In this document: positions 47,537-56,488 of the stretch, in pieces
How the letters are laid out: each line of letters opens with the position of its first letter
Position numbering within the stretch: the first letter of the stretch is position 1
Source of the DNA: a candidate division TA06 bacterium
Lineage (GTDB): Bacteria > Edwardsbacteria > AC1 > EtOH8
DNA: 57,698 bases
Direction: 5' to 3'
Assembly (NCBI GenBank): GCA_016208585.1
Contig: JACQXR010000004.1
Location: 1 to 57,698 of the forward strand
Notes under the pieces: model-generated
What the model was told of the DNA's origin: nothing
Seen by the model: the letters and a program-made list of their open reading frames with translations, nothing else
Database searches by the model: none
Made by a program: the position numbers and the translations under genes

Positions 47537-50005
47537 ATGAAACGATTATTGTCATTGGTAAGCGCCGTGCTGTTGGCAACAGCGATGCCAGCCTTGGCGG
47601 CAGTTTATGCTTGGAACGGAGCGGGGGGCGACCTTCTCTGGACCAACGCCAATAACTGGACGCCGGCCCGCAGCGCGCCAAATGTCGGGGACACCATATC
47701 ATTCGCCAACGGCAAGTCGGACACTGTCACCGGCATTCCCACCCAGACCATCAGCACCCTGATGGTGGGCGCCCTAACCGCAGTGCATCTGCAATCGGAG
47801 GCCGGGGCCCGCAAGACCCTGACGGTGGGGGATTCCCTGTGCTTGGCGGTCAGGTGCCAGCTGAACCTGAACGGCGCCGCCGACACCATGACCATCTTCG
47901 TGGCCGCCGGCGGTGTGGGTCAGATCAACGGTTCTATGACCTTCTCCGGGATGGCCCACAAGCTGAACGCCAGCGACGCCGGCGCGATCCAGTTCAATAT
48001 TGGTTCGACATTCGCCCAGAACTGCGCCAGCAGCGTCTTTACGAACTCCGGCACGGCCAATGCGATAGTCTTCAATGCCGGTTCCGAGTTCATTCAATAC
48101 GCAGGGTCTAATCCCTTCGGCCTGGGCCAGCCGAATTCCAAAGTCCTGTTCCAGCCTGGAAGCTGGTTCCGTTGCCGGATGAGCGGCCCCCTATCATTCT
48201 CTGGCCGCAGTTATGCGAATTTTGAATTGGATTTCCCAACTTTCTCATACACCGCAACCGGGGGGAACCCCACGTCCCTGGATACTTTGCAGATTACGGA
48301 CGGCAAGCTTACGTTTGGTTTGTCCCGCATTAACATCAAAGGCGACATCCTGATCGCCGCGGCCGAGACTCTCCAGTTCCGCCAGGTTGTCTCCGGCGGC
48401 GCGGCCTGCAGCCTAAAATTTTACGGCACGACGCCCCAGACCATCGGCGGCGCCGGGACCCTGCTATTTCTAAACGACTCCACTAGCGTCTATGTCAACA
48501 ACGCCGCCGGACTGACCATCAACCGGGTATTCCCGGTCGGGTATGACCTCGGCCTATTCGAAGGAATCGTGACCGCCAACGACACGCTGAAAATGTTGAG
48601 CGACCAGGCAGTACAGCGCACTAACGGCTATGTGGTAGGGAATCTGGCCCTGCATACGGCCATCGGCGCCACCACCAAGGATTTTCCGGTGGGCACGGCC
48701 AACGGTTACTCGCCGGTCAGCGTTACTTTCGGCGCCGTCGGCACCGCCGGCAGGCTGACCGCCCGGGCAGTTCAGGGCAGCCATCCCAACGTAAGCATTG
48801 CCGCTTTCACCCTGAAACGCTACTGGACATTGAACAATGACGGCATTCTGGCCTTTGACAACTATGAGGCGGTGTTCAACTATCTGACAGACGATTTTAC
48901 TGCTTTCCTTTTTCCTGAGGATCCCAACGAAAACACTATGGTGGCCGGCAAGTACGACGCCGGCAACTGGACGTTCCCGACCATCGGCGCCCGGACTCCG
49001 GGCGGCACGGCCGACGGCGGCTCGGTGCAACTGACCGGATTGACCTCGTTCTCTGATTTCACTTTCGGCAAGAATTCAACCTCAATTGATGCAATCCCGC
49101 CGACCATAGTCTGGACCTCCCCAGCTGACGGGGACAGCAACGTTGCCCTAAATGAAAATGTGATCTATGCCTTCTCCGAGCCGATGGACACCGCCAGCTT
49201 TAAAGGTTACTCGGTTCCCGACCATGCGTTTACCAAGAGCTGGAATACGAACTTCGACACCCTGACCCTGACCCCGGATACGCTTTACGAGCTCAATACG
49301 ACTTATGCTTTGATCTGCACTACCGGGACCGACCCGGCCGGGAATTTCCTAACGGCGCTTCCGGATAGTTTCATGTTCACCACCACCGGCGATACAATCA
49401 AGCCGGCCATAGTTTCGACCTCCCCGGCTAACGGAGCTACCAACGTTGCCCTAAATAAAAATGTGATCATTGCCTTCTCCGAGCCGATGGACACCGCCAG
49501 CTTTAAAGGTTACTCGGTTCCCGACCATGCGTTTACCAAGAGCTGGAATACGAACTTCGACACCCTGACCCTGACCCCGGATACGCTTTACGAATACAAC
49601 ACCGCCTATACCTTGGTCTACACTACTGGCACCGACCTGGCCGGGAATCCCCTGGCAGTGTTGCCGGACAGTTTTATGTTCACCACCATGCCCACCGGGG
49701 TGGAAGGGAAGCCCGGTGGGGTGAAACCCGGCTTCTTCCTGTCGCCGGTGGCACCCAACCCGGTGATGGCATCGGCCGAGTTCCGGTTCGGGCTGGCCCA
49801 AGACCAGCAGGTCAGCTTGGAGATCTACAACGTGCTGGGGCAAAAGGTAAAGACTCTAGCCGAAGGCCGGCTGGCATCCGGCAGCCAGACGGTCAAATGG
49901 AACGGGCGCGATGAGAACGGAAGGAACGTGCCTTCGGGCGTGTATGTCTACCGGCTCAAGGCCGGGGATAACACCTCCACCAGAAGATTCACTGTGATCC
50001 GGTAA
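47537..50005 (+). CDS. Large secreted protein with tandem SbsA-Ig (Big_5-like) domains and a T9SS C-terminal sorting domain
   Basis: Signal peptide ..AMPALA-AVY. Two domains of 101 aa read TSPA.G..NVALN.NVI.AFSEPMD. The C-terminus reads APNPVMASAEFRFGLAQDQQVSLEIYNVLGQKVKTL..WNGRDENGRNVPSGVYVYRL..RRFTVIR. Confidence 0.8.
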   Translation: MKRLLSLVSAVLLATAMPALAAVYAWNGAGGDLLWTNANNWTPARSAPNVGDTISFANGKSDTVTGIPTQTISTLMVGALTAVHLQSEAGARKTLTVGDSLCLAVRCQLNLNGAADTMTIFVAAGGVGQINGSMTFSGMAHKLNASDAGAIQFNIGSTFAQNCASSVFTNSGTANAIVFNAGSEFIQYAGSNPFGLGQPNSKVLFQPGSWFRCRMSGPLSFSGRSYANFELDFPTFSYTATGGNPTSLDTLQITDGKLTFGLSRINIKGDILIAAAETLQFRQVVSGGAACSLKFYGTTPQTIGGAGTLLFLNDSTSVYVNNAAGLTINRVFPVGYDLGLFEGIVTANDTLKMLSDQAVQRTNGYVVGNLALHTAIGATTKDFPVGTANGYSPVSVTFGAVGTAGRLTARAVQGSHPNVSIAAFTLKRYWTLNNDGILAFDNYEAVFNYLTDDFTAFLFPEDPNENTMVAGKYDAGNWTFPTIGARTPGGTADGGSVQLTGLTSFSDFTFGKNSTSIDAIPPTIVWTSPADGDSNVALNENVIYAFSEPMDTASFKGYSVPDHAFTKSWNTNFDTLTLTPDTLYELNTTYALICTTGTDPAGNFLTALPDSFMFTTTGDTIKPAIVSTSPANGATNVALNKNVIIAFSEPMDTASFKGYSVPDHAFTKSWNTNFDTLTLTPDTLYEYNTAYTLVYTTGTDLAGNPLAVLPDSFMFTTMPTGVEGKPGGVKPGFFLSPVAPNPVMASAEFRFGLAQDQQVSLEIYNVLGQKVKTLAEGRLASGSQTVKWNGRDENGRNVPSGVYVYRLKAGDNTSTRRFTVIR
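49106..49711 (+). repeat. In-frame tandem duplication, 2 x 303 bp (2 x 101 aa)
   Basis: The units are 49106-49408 and 49409-49711. A 123-bp block, 49168-49290, is identical to 49471-49593 as far as I can read. Confidence 0.9.
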
Positions 50006-50016
50006 AATAAGGATCT

Positions 50017-50051
50017 AAACGCCCTGCTTGTAAACGGCAGGGCGTTTTTTT
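50017..50051 (+). terminator. Rho-independent terminator
   Basis: aaacgccctgc (50017-50027) pairs perfectly with gcagggcgttt (50037-50047). A T-run follows to 50051, 12 nt after the stop codon. Confidence 0.8.
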
Positions 50052-50295
50052 AAATCCCCGGAAACAATGTTTCATTTTAACTCAAAATATCTGTAACTAT
50101 TCAGCCACACTATTACCATCCGTTCCCCAGACTGACCGCATAAAGCATGTCCTGAGTCCTTCGATAAATTCAGGATAAATTCTATCGAAGGGGCGCATAA
50201 ATCACAAAGTGCCTCCGCTGAAGCTATGGCACTCGAGGAAGATATAAATAAAAGCGTAAGCGGAATAAGTTTCTTAAATTGGAATTTGTGCGTGC

Positions 50296-50486
50296 CGAAA
50301 CTGTGCCATTTTCATCATAAATCTTGAGCGGGTGTTGTTACCAGGCCTTCGGTCCAGGCTGGCACAGCCGATGCGCCAACCAGTTTTCGTACACTTTCGC
50401 CCAACGCTCAAGCCCAGGAATATATGCAGATTAAAGGCCGTCGGCCTTATCCTGTCGCACAACTCCATTATCTCTTTCTCATCCAT
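50296..50486 (-). pseudogene. Remnant resembling a GxxExxY (PDDEXK_3) family gene, multiply frameshifted and truncated
   Basis: The minus strand reads MDEKEIMELCDRIRPTAFNLHIFLG in one frame. AKVYENWLAHRL is in a second frame and QHPLKIYDENGTV in a third. No recognisable C-terminal half is present. Confidence 0.4.
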
Positions 50487-50583
50487 TTTGTGTGTCCTCT
50501 GTGCCCCTACGGCACCGCTCAGGGCAAGCTTTTTTTGGCTGAATAGTAGTAACAAATATCCCAAAAAATATCTCAAAATATTG

Positions 50584-50612
50584 TTGACAAATCCTTTATT
50601 AATTAGTAAACT
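50584..50612 (+). promoter_or_regulatory. Promoter candidate placed so that holA would be leaderless or nearly so
   Basis: TTGACA (50584-50589), a 17-nt spacer, then TAAACT (50607-50612). The holA ATG lies at 50621, only 8 nt after the -10 element, and there is no SD. Confidence 0.4.
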
Positions 50613-50620
50613 ATTACGTT

Positions 50621-51619
50621 ATGGCAACAATTTCGGACCTGGATACTGAGATCCTTAAGTCAAAAATTCATCCGGCTTACTGTTTTGTGGGCGAGGAGGA
50701 ATATCTTAAGGGCCTATATATTCGAAAGATCGCTGGGGCTTTTCTGGGAACCAATGTGGAACACGGGCTGGAGGTGGTTTACGGCTCCGAGACCGACGCC
50801 AAAGACATCATCGACCGGGCCCAAAGCCTGGGCATCTTCGCCGAAAAACGGGCGCTGGTAGTCAGGGAGGTTGATGCGCTCTCACCCCAAAGCCGTAAGA
50901 TCCTCTTGGAGCATCTGGGGAGTGAACCCTCGCCCGACGTCTGCCTGGTATTAAGCTCTTTCAAGCTTGACGCCAAGACTGCATTTTACCAGGAGCTTCA
51001 GGAAAGAACCGTCTTTGTTTCTTTTGATAGCCTGAAATCGGAAAGCCTGGTCAACTGGGTCATGGCCAAGGCCAAAGAGCTGGGCTGCAGGATCTCCCTG
51101 GCATCGGCCCAACTGCTGATCCAGATAACCGGACAGAGCCTGGGGCTTTTGGAACAGGAGTTGCTTAAAATTTCAACCTTCTTAGAGGGCCGGCCCGACC
51201 GGGAAATAAAGCCCGATCACATAAAAATGCTGGCCGGTGACACCAGCGAGGTGGGGGGATTCGAGCTGGCCGAGGCTTTGGCCAAAAAGGATCTGAAGCA
51301 GTCCCTGGCCCTTTTTCACAAAATGCTGAGGACCGGGGAAGACCCGGTAAAAATGCTATCCGGCATCAACCATAAGTTCAACACCCTGTGGCGGGTCAAG
51401 CTGATGCTGTCCCAAGGCCTTTCCCCGGAAGCCATGGGCCGCAAGATGCGGATCCATCCCTATGCCCTTAAAATGGCGATCCCCGCAGCCCAAAAAAGGA
51501 CCGAAAAAGAATACTGGACTCTGTTCAATGGACTTTTCACCACCGAGTTAAAGCTGAAATCCGGATTCGGAGACCCCAGGACCGTGTTGCAACAGGCAAT
51601 CTTCAAATTATCCAGCTAA
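50621..51619 (+). CDS. holA: DNA polymerase III delta subunit
   Basis: The length is about 330 aa. The N-terminus reads PAYCFVGEEEYLK. RALVVREVD and the later helical domains match the pattern of delta subunits. Confidence 0.8.
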   Translation: MATISDLDTEILKSKIHPAYCFVGEEEYLKGLYIRKIAGAFLGTNVEHGLEVVYGSETDAKDIIDRAQSLGIFAEKRALVVREVDALSPQSRKILLEHLGSEPSPDVCLVLSSFKLDAKTAFYQELQERTVFVSFDSLKSESLVNWVMAKAKELGCRISLASAQLLIQITGQSLGLLEQELLKISTFLEGRPDREIKPDHIKMLAGDTSEVGGFELAEALAKKDLKQSLALFHKMLRTGEDPVKMLSGINHKFNTLWRVKLMLSQGLSPEAMGRKMRIHPYALKMAIPAAQKRTEKEYWTLFNGLFTTELKLKSGFGDPRTVLQQAIFKLSS

Positions 51620-51642
51620 TCATTATTAAGAAAAGCAAAAAT

Positions 51643-52671
51643 ATGGCACAGGAAGTTCTGACCGGGAATGAAGGCATCGAAGAGCTGCAAAAGCTCTACG
51701 ATGTCTTTACCAATAGGATCCGGCTGATCGACGAGAAGAAAGCGAATACCAAACCCGAGATATACCAAAAGGTGCGGAACGAATACGAGGCCAAACTGCT
51801 GGAGGTCCAGGTGCTGCTGGAGGAAAAGGGCGCCGGGCTGGAGGACGCCCTGAACCAGGCCTTGGCCGAAAAGGACCAGATACTTCCCCAATTGCAGCAG
51901 GTATCCAATACCCTGGAGGAACTTGAACTGCGGATGGTGATCGGAGAGGTGACCGAGGAGGAGAAAGCCGCCCAGGAACAGGCGCTTTTGGCCCAAAAAA
52001 CCGAGATGGAAAATAATGCGGCCGCCTTGAACCAAAAAATCGAAAAACTTAATACTTTTGTCAAAGGTAAAACCACCCAGTCCGCGCCCATTCCGCCAGC
52101 ACCTCCGGTCAAATTTGCGGCTTCGGCTCCTGTCCCGCCAAAGCCAGTAGTACCGCCGGCGGCCCCGGTCCACCCGGCCCCAAAACCGCCTGTTCCGCCT
52201 GCGCCCCGGCCGGCCCCAGTGGCGGTCCCGCCACCAGTGGCCAAACCTGTTCCGCCAGCGCCTCCGGTAATGCCGGCTCCGCCTGAGCCAGTGCCGCCCG
52301 CTCCTGCCCCGGCCCCGGAACTCTCGGAAGTCTTGCAGCCCCCGGTCAACGAGATGGATGAGTTGGAAAAGCAGTTTGCCAGCATCCTAGGTTCCAGTTT
52401 TAGTGAGGCCCCGGCCCAGCCGGCTCCGGCCATGGAAGAAGTGATGCCCCGGCCTCAGCCAACCCCGACCTTTGAAGTGCCGCCCGCTATGCAGGCGCCG
52501 GAGGTTCCGGTCACGGCGGCGGTCCCGGAAACGTCGGCCGAGGAGGAATCGCACAAAGGAGAGCTTAAATGCCCCAAATGCGCAGCCTATAACCGGGCCG
52601 ACAACTGGTACTGCGAAAAATGCGGCAACGAGCTTTTAAACGCCCAGGACCTGTTCGGAGGCGGCAAGTAG
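51643..52671 (+). CDS. Hypothetical protein with an N-terminal coiled coil, a long Pro/Ala-rich linker and a C-terminal zinc ribbon
   Basis: A heptad-like E/L/Q-rich N-terminus is followed by PPAPPV/PPKPVVPP repeats over about 130 aa. The C-terminus is CPKCAAYNRADNWYCEKCGNEL (CxxC..CxxC). Confidence 0.7.
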   Translation: MAQEVLTGNEGIEELQKLYDVFTNRIRLIDEKKANTKPEIYQKVRNEYEAKLLEVQVLLEEKGAGLEDALNQALAEKDQILPQLQQVSNTLEELELRMVIGEVTEEEKAAQEQALLAQKTEMENNAAALNQKIEKLNTFVKGKTTQSAPIPPAPPVKFAASAPVPPKPVVPPAAPVHPAPKPPVPPAPRPAPVAVPPPVAKPVPPAPPVMPAPPEPVPPAPAPAPELSEVLQPPVNEMDELEKQFASILGSSFSEAPAQPAPAMEEVMPRPQPTPTFEVPPAMQAPEVPVTAAVPETSAEEESHKGELKCPKCAAYNRADNWYCEKCGNELLNAQDLFGGGK

Positions 52672-52692
52672 GACAGGATACCAAGCAAATGT

Positions 52693-52728
52693 AAAAGCCT
52701 TCAGTATCACTGTCAGCTGAAGGTTTTT
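52693..52728 (+). terminator. Rho-independent terminator
   Basis: aaaagccttcag (52693-52704) pairs with ctgaaggttttt (52717-52728), with one G-U pair and a T-run at the end. Confidence 0.6.
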
Positions 52729-52868
52729 ATAATTATTAGCGATAATAGATGAGTCCACTCTAAAAAGGTCGAAATCAAAAAAACGGTCATTGGAAATCAA
52801 CAAGTTACAGCAACGAAAAAAGGCAAAATGCCTCTTTTTAGAGGGGACTCATAGATATATAAATCATT

Positions 52869-53705
52869 ATGACCAACAAACCTAAAATCGGCCTGGCCCT
52901 TTCCGGCGGGGTAGGCTACTGCCTGGCCCACATCGGAGTAATCAAGGCTCTGGAGCAAAGAGGGCTGGAAGCCGACGTGGTGGCCGGGACCTCGGGCGGG
53001 GCCTTGATCGGCTGTCTTTACGCTTCGGGCCTTAAGTCCGACCGGCTGGAGCAGATTGCCCGCGAGATATCCTGGACCAAGCTGATGTCCCCCACCATGG
53101 TCTTCAGGGATAAGGGCCTGCTGTCCTCGGAACCCATCGAGAAATTAGTGGATCAGCTGATAGGGTCCAAAAGGCGTTTCAACGAGATGAAGCTGCCGCT
53201 GGCGATGTCTACGGTGGACCTGATCAGCGGCAAGGAAATAATTTTTCCCAATCATCCGGATGATCTGATAGCCCCGGCGGTCCGGGCCTCCTGCTCGGTG
53301 CCCCTGGTCTATGCCCCGCTGAAAATGGGGAATTGGCTTTTATCGGACGGCGGCATCCTGGATCCCCTGCCGATGGATCCGTTAAAAACGCTGAAGCCCG
53401 ATATCACCATAGCCGTTTCCTTTATGCCCGGTCGGTTTGAGCCGGGGAACCTTTTTGAGATCGGGGTCCGCTCCATGGAGATCGCCAACATCAAGGAATC
53501 GCAGATGTCCCGCAAAGACGCCGACATCCTGATAGAATTGGAAACCGGCCAGATCTCCAGCTGGGATCTGAAATCGGCCCTGAACCTGATAGAGCTGGGC
53601 CAGCAGGCGGCCGAAAAAGCCCTGGAAGCGGCCAAGGACAAGCTTTCCGCCCAAAAGCCGTTCTGGTTTGAAATGATAAACAAAAAATGGGGTTCGGAAA
53701 CATGA
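52869..53705 (+). CDS. Patatin-like phospholipase (RssA-like)
   Basis: GLALSGGVGYCLAHIGVIKALE (oxyanion Gly-rich loop), GTSGGA (GxSxG) and SDGGILDPLP (catalytic Asp-Gly). Confidence 0.85.
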   Translation: MTNKPKIGLALSGGVGYCLAHIGVIKALEQRGLEADVVAGTSGGALIGCLYASGLKSDRLEQIAREISWTKLMSPTMVFRDKGLLSSEPIEKLVDQLIGSKRRFNEMKLPLAMSTVDLISGKEIIFPNHPDDLIAPAVRASCSVPLVYAPLKMGNWLLSDGGILDPLPMDPLKTLKPDITIAVSFMPGRFEPGNLFEIGVRSMEIANIKESQMSRKDADILIELETGQISSWDLKSALNLIELGQQAAEKALEAAKDKLSAQKPFWFEMINKKWGSET

Positions 53706-54832
53706 TGATCTATCTGCTGCTCGCCGTCCTAGCCGCCGTAATGCTGGCCGGCTTCTGGTTCCTGTTTCAGGCCTTCAGCCGCCAGATGCAGGAACTCAAG
53801 GACTCCGCCAAGAACGACCAGGCTATGAACATCGTCTCCCAGTGGATGCAGGAGACCAAGGCTTCGTTGGATTCCCGCCTGCAGGAGACCAGGCAGGTGC
53901 TGGACAGCCGGCTATCGGAAGTGGACACCAAGCTGGGCCGTTCCCTGGACTCGGTCAGCCAGAGATTAGAGACCAACACCAAGACCGTGGGCGAGCGGCT
54001 GGACAACGCGGCCCGGGTGATCGGCGACGTCCAGAAAAGCCTGGGCTCGATGAACCAGGAAACCCAGCGGATCAAGGAGATCGGCCAGGACATCGCCTCG
54101 CTGTCCCAGATCCTGCGCTCGCCCAAACTGCGGGGCGGCATGGGGGAATTTTTTCTGGGCGACCTGCTGGCCCAGATACTGCCGCCCCACCACTTTGAAC
54201 TGCAATACGGCTTCCGCTCCGGGGAGAAGGTGGACGCGGTGGTCAAGCTTTCCCAGCGGCTGGTGCCGGTGGACGCCAAGTTCCCGCTGGAGAATTTCAA
54301 GAAAATGCTGGAGGTCCAAAGCGACGAAGAACGCAAAAGCTGGCGCAGAAAATTCGTATCCGACGTCAAAAAGCACGTGGACGCCATTTCCTCCAAGTAC
54401 ATCCTGCCGGACGAAAACACCTTCGACTTCGCCCTGATGTACATCCCGGCCGAGAATGTCTATTACGAGACCATCATCAAGGACGAGAATTTCGGCGAGG
54501 ACAAGTCCATTTCCACCTATGCCATTGAAAAGAGGGTGATCCCGGTCTCGCCCAACTCATTTTACGCCTATCTCCAGGCCATAGTACTGGGTTTAAGGGG
54601 AATGCGGGTGGAGGAAAGCGCCCAGGAGATCATCGATTCGCTGTCCAGACTCAAGGGGGATTTCGGAAAATTCCGCGATGAGTTCGACATCCTGGGCAGC
54701 CACATTGCCAACGCCGGGAAAAAGTACGAGGAAGTGGACAAGCGGCTGGTGAAGTTTGAGGACCGGCTGGAAGGGGTGGAAGGCAAGCAGATCGCCTCGG
54801 ATAAGCCCCAGGTGTTGTTGGAAGACAAATGA
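53687..54832 (+). CDS. rmuC: DNA recombination protein RmuC
   Basis: N-terminal TM helix, a coiled-coil region, LRSPKLRGGMGEFFLGDLLAQILP and a C-terminal nuclease-like region VDAKFPLENF..MYIPAENVYYE. Alternative ATG starts lie at 53702 and 53705. Confidence 0.9.
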   Translation: MGFGNMMIYLLLAVLAAVMLAGFWFLFQAFSRQMQELKDSAKNDQAMNIVSQWMQETKASLDSRLQETRQVLDSRLSEVDTKLGRSLDSVSQRLETNTKTVGERLDNAARVIGDVQKSLGSMNQETQRIKEIGQDIASLSQILRSPKLRGGMGEFFLGDLLAQILPPHHFELQYGFRSGEKVDAVVKLSQRLVPVDAKFPLENFKKMLEVQSDEERKSWRRKFVSDVKKHVDAISSKYILPDENTFDFALMYIPAENVYYETIIKDENFGEDKSISTYAIEKRVIPVSPNSFYAYLQAIVLGLRGMRVEESAQEIIDSLSRLKGDFGKFRDEFDILGSHIANAGKKYEEVDKRLVKFEDRLEGVEGKQIASDKPQVLLEDK

Positions 54833-54874
54833 CATTTGGTGCAGCCCAAAATCCAATTAATAGGTAGAATTATC

Positions 54875-55588
54875 ATGGATAACATACTATCATTCATAAT
54901 GGCGAATATTCCGTTCCTGATCTTCATCGGGGTCTTTCCCCTGATGATCTATATAGGCTATCTGGGTCGGCAGAAGCAAAAGGCCAAAATGAAGGACATC
55001 GCCATGAAACTAGGCCTGCAGTTGAGCGAAGGTCGGCTGACTCCGCAGATCACCGGGCGGCCACAGAACATCAGCAATGCCCGGGACTTCAATACTTACC
55101 AGGCTTCCAAGAAACTGGCCGGGAATGGTTTTATCAAAGAACTGTTGTCCATGATGTCGCCCTTGTCTCTGACCGGGAAATACAAGGGCTACGATGTCCG
55201 GATTACCGTTACCAAGCGGGACAAGGCCACCTACACCGAATTCAAGACCGCTTTCCCCCGGCCGCTGGGTCTGGGGCTCAAGATCAACGCCAACAACCTG
55301 CTGCTGAAACAATTCATTCTGGGTCAAAAGGGCAAAACGGTGCAGGCAGGCAATGAGCCTTTTGACAAGAAAATCCAGGTCAACGGCAACGATCCCCTGA
55401 AGATAAAATATTTACTGACGTTGGAAAACCAGCGTTCCCTGCTGGACCTTTTTTCCGTTTATCCCTCAACCGTGGTGGATGACCAGGGGATCAGCATCAG
55501 CGTCCGGGGTTTTACAGACGATTCTCAGAAATGTTCCGCGGTCCTTGACCGGATGACGGCGGCCGCCAAACATTTCAGCCACAACTAA
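54875..55588 (+). CDS. Hypothetical membrane-anchored protein
   Basis: MDNILSFIMANIPFLIFIGVFPLMIYIGYL is a TM helix, followed by a soluble domain with no recognised motif. An alternative TTG start lies at 54836. Confidence 0.6.
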   Translation: MDNILSFIMANIPFLIFIGVFPLMIYIGYLGRQKQKAKMKDIAMKLGLQLSEGRLTPQITGRPQNISNARDFNTYQASKKLAGNGFIKELLSMMSPLSLTGKYKGYDVRITVTKRDKATYTEFKTAFPRPLGLGLKINANNLLLKQFILGQKGKTVQAGNEPFDKKIQVNGNDPLKIKYLLTLENQRSLLDLFSVYPSTVVDDQGISISVRGFTDDSQKCSAVLDRMTAAAKHFSHN

Positions 55589-55756
55589 TCCGGTCAGCTG
55601 GCTTTGTCACAAAATTGACAGAAGCGGTTGCCTGAAATGCCAGAAGTGCGTCCGGGTCTGTCCCAGCCGGGCCAGGGAGGGCATCGATCACGGTAAAAAA
55701 TTCCGGGCCGATTTTTCGCCGGCGGCCAGCGCGTCAACCAACGCCCGGCTTAAGTG

Positions 55757-55896
55757 GTTCCCACTGAAAAAGACCTTTTTCACACCGAAACACACTAAAA
55801 GACTCGAAACAATTGTATATCCATTGTATTACCATTGTGAAACAATTGTTATGCAATAGTGGAAACGTGTTTAGGTGGTTTTTCAGGGAGAACTAA
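55757..55896. repeat. Palindromic MITE-like element, copy A (about 140 bp)
   Basis: The left arm is gttcccactgaaaaagacctttttcacaccgaaacacactaaaag. The right arm is cgtgtttaggtggtttttcagggagaactaa. The arms are imperfect reverse complements, and both recur in copy B. Confidence 0.55.
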
Positions 55897-55937
55897 GTAA
55901 TCAACTGGAAACATAAAACCAGCGACAAGGAGTTGAA

Positions 55938-56444
55938 ATGAAGAGAGCTACCCTGATCCTTTCATTGTGCCTGGTTCTTTCCGGCCTGGCGCTGGCCCAA
56001 AGCGCCCAGCCGCTGTTCCTGATCGAACGTACCAAGAACATCAACAAGCTTTATTACGAAGCGAACGTAGCCAAGAACGGGGAGATCAACGCCAAGAACC
56101 CGGTGCGGGCTTTTTGGATAATGTGGGCCAAGGATTCCACTGGCCAGACCACCGAACCGCTGTCCTTCCTGGAAAAGAAGGTGGCTTACGGGTACAACGT
56201 GGAGCTGGACAGCTCGGGCAAACATTTCAACATGACGTTGAAGCCATTCAAGGAAAGGCTGATCAAGATATATCTTCAGGAGGGATCAGCCCGGGCCGAG
56301 ATGCTGATCAACGGCCAGCCTTCGTACTTTGAGAAGATGTACATCTATTCCAAGGGCGATTCCAAGCCGGATTCCATAAAGCTTTACGGGACCGGGATAG
56401 AATCGGGGAGCAGCCAGTGCGAGCTGGTGATCCCCAAGAAATAA
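55938..56444 (+). CDS. Small secreted protein, possibly DUF4833-like
   Basis: Signal peptide ..GLALA-QS. LFLIERTKNINKLYYEANV..PVRAFWIMWAKD..KKVAYGYNVE resembles my memory of DUF4833, so the family name is of low certainty. RBS aaggag precedes the ATG. Confidence 0.65.
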   Translation: MKRATLILSLCLVLSGLALAQSAQPLFLIERTKNINKLYYEANVAKNGEINAKNPVRAFWIMWAKDSTGQTTEPLSFLEKKVAYGYNVELDSSGKHFNMTLKPFKERLIKIYLQEGSARAEMLINGQPSYFEKMYIYSKGDSKPDSIKLYGTGIESGSSQCELVIPKK

Positions 56445-56488
56445 CCTTGACGGCGCTTGAACAAATACTAAGAGTTTATCCTTAAATA

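Noticed and set aside
50158-50191. Palindrome ccttcgata-(16 nt)-tatcgaagg downstream of the GxxExxY-like remnant
   Set aside because: The 9-bp stem with a 16-nt loop is weak and is not followed by a T-run. It is probably part of the decayed insertion rather than an independent feature.
51696-52433. 245-aa Gly/Ala-rich minus-strand ORF
   Set aside because: It is the mirror image of the Pro/Ala-rich repeat in the plus-strand gene (CCN codons read as GGN on the other strand), so it is an artefact.
55588-55760. Open frame encoding CLKCQKCVRVCP (CxxCxxCxxxCP, a 4Fe-4S ferredoxin-type motif)
   Set aside because: It has no start codon and only one cluster motif. The frame runs straight into the MITE-like repeat. 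I treat it as a gene remnant, not a functional CDS.
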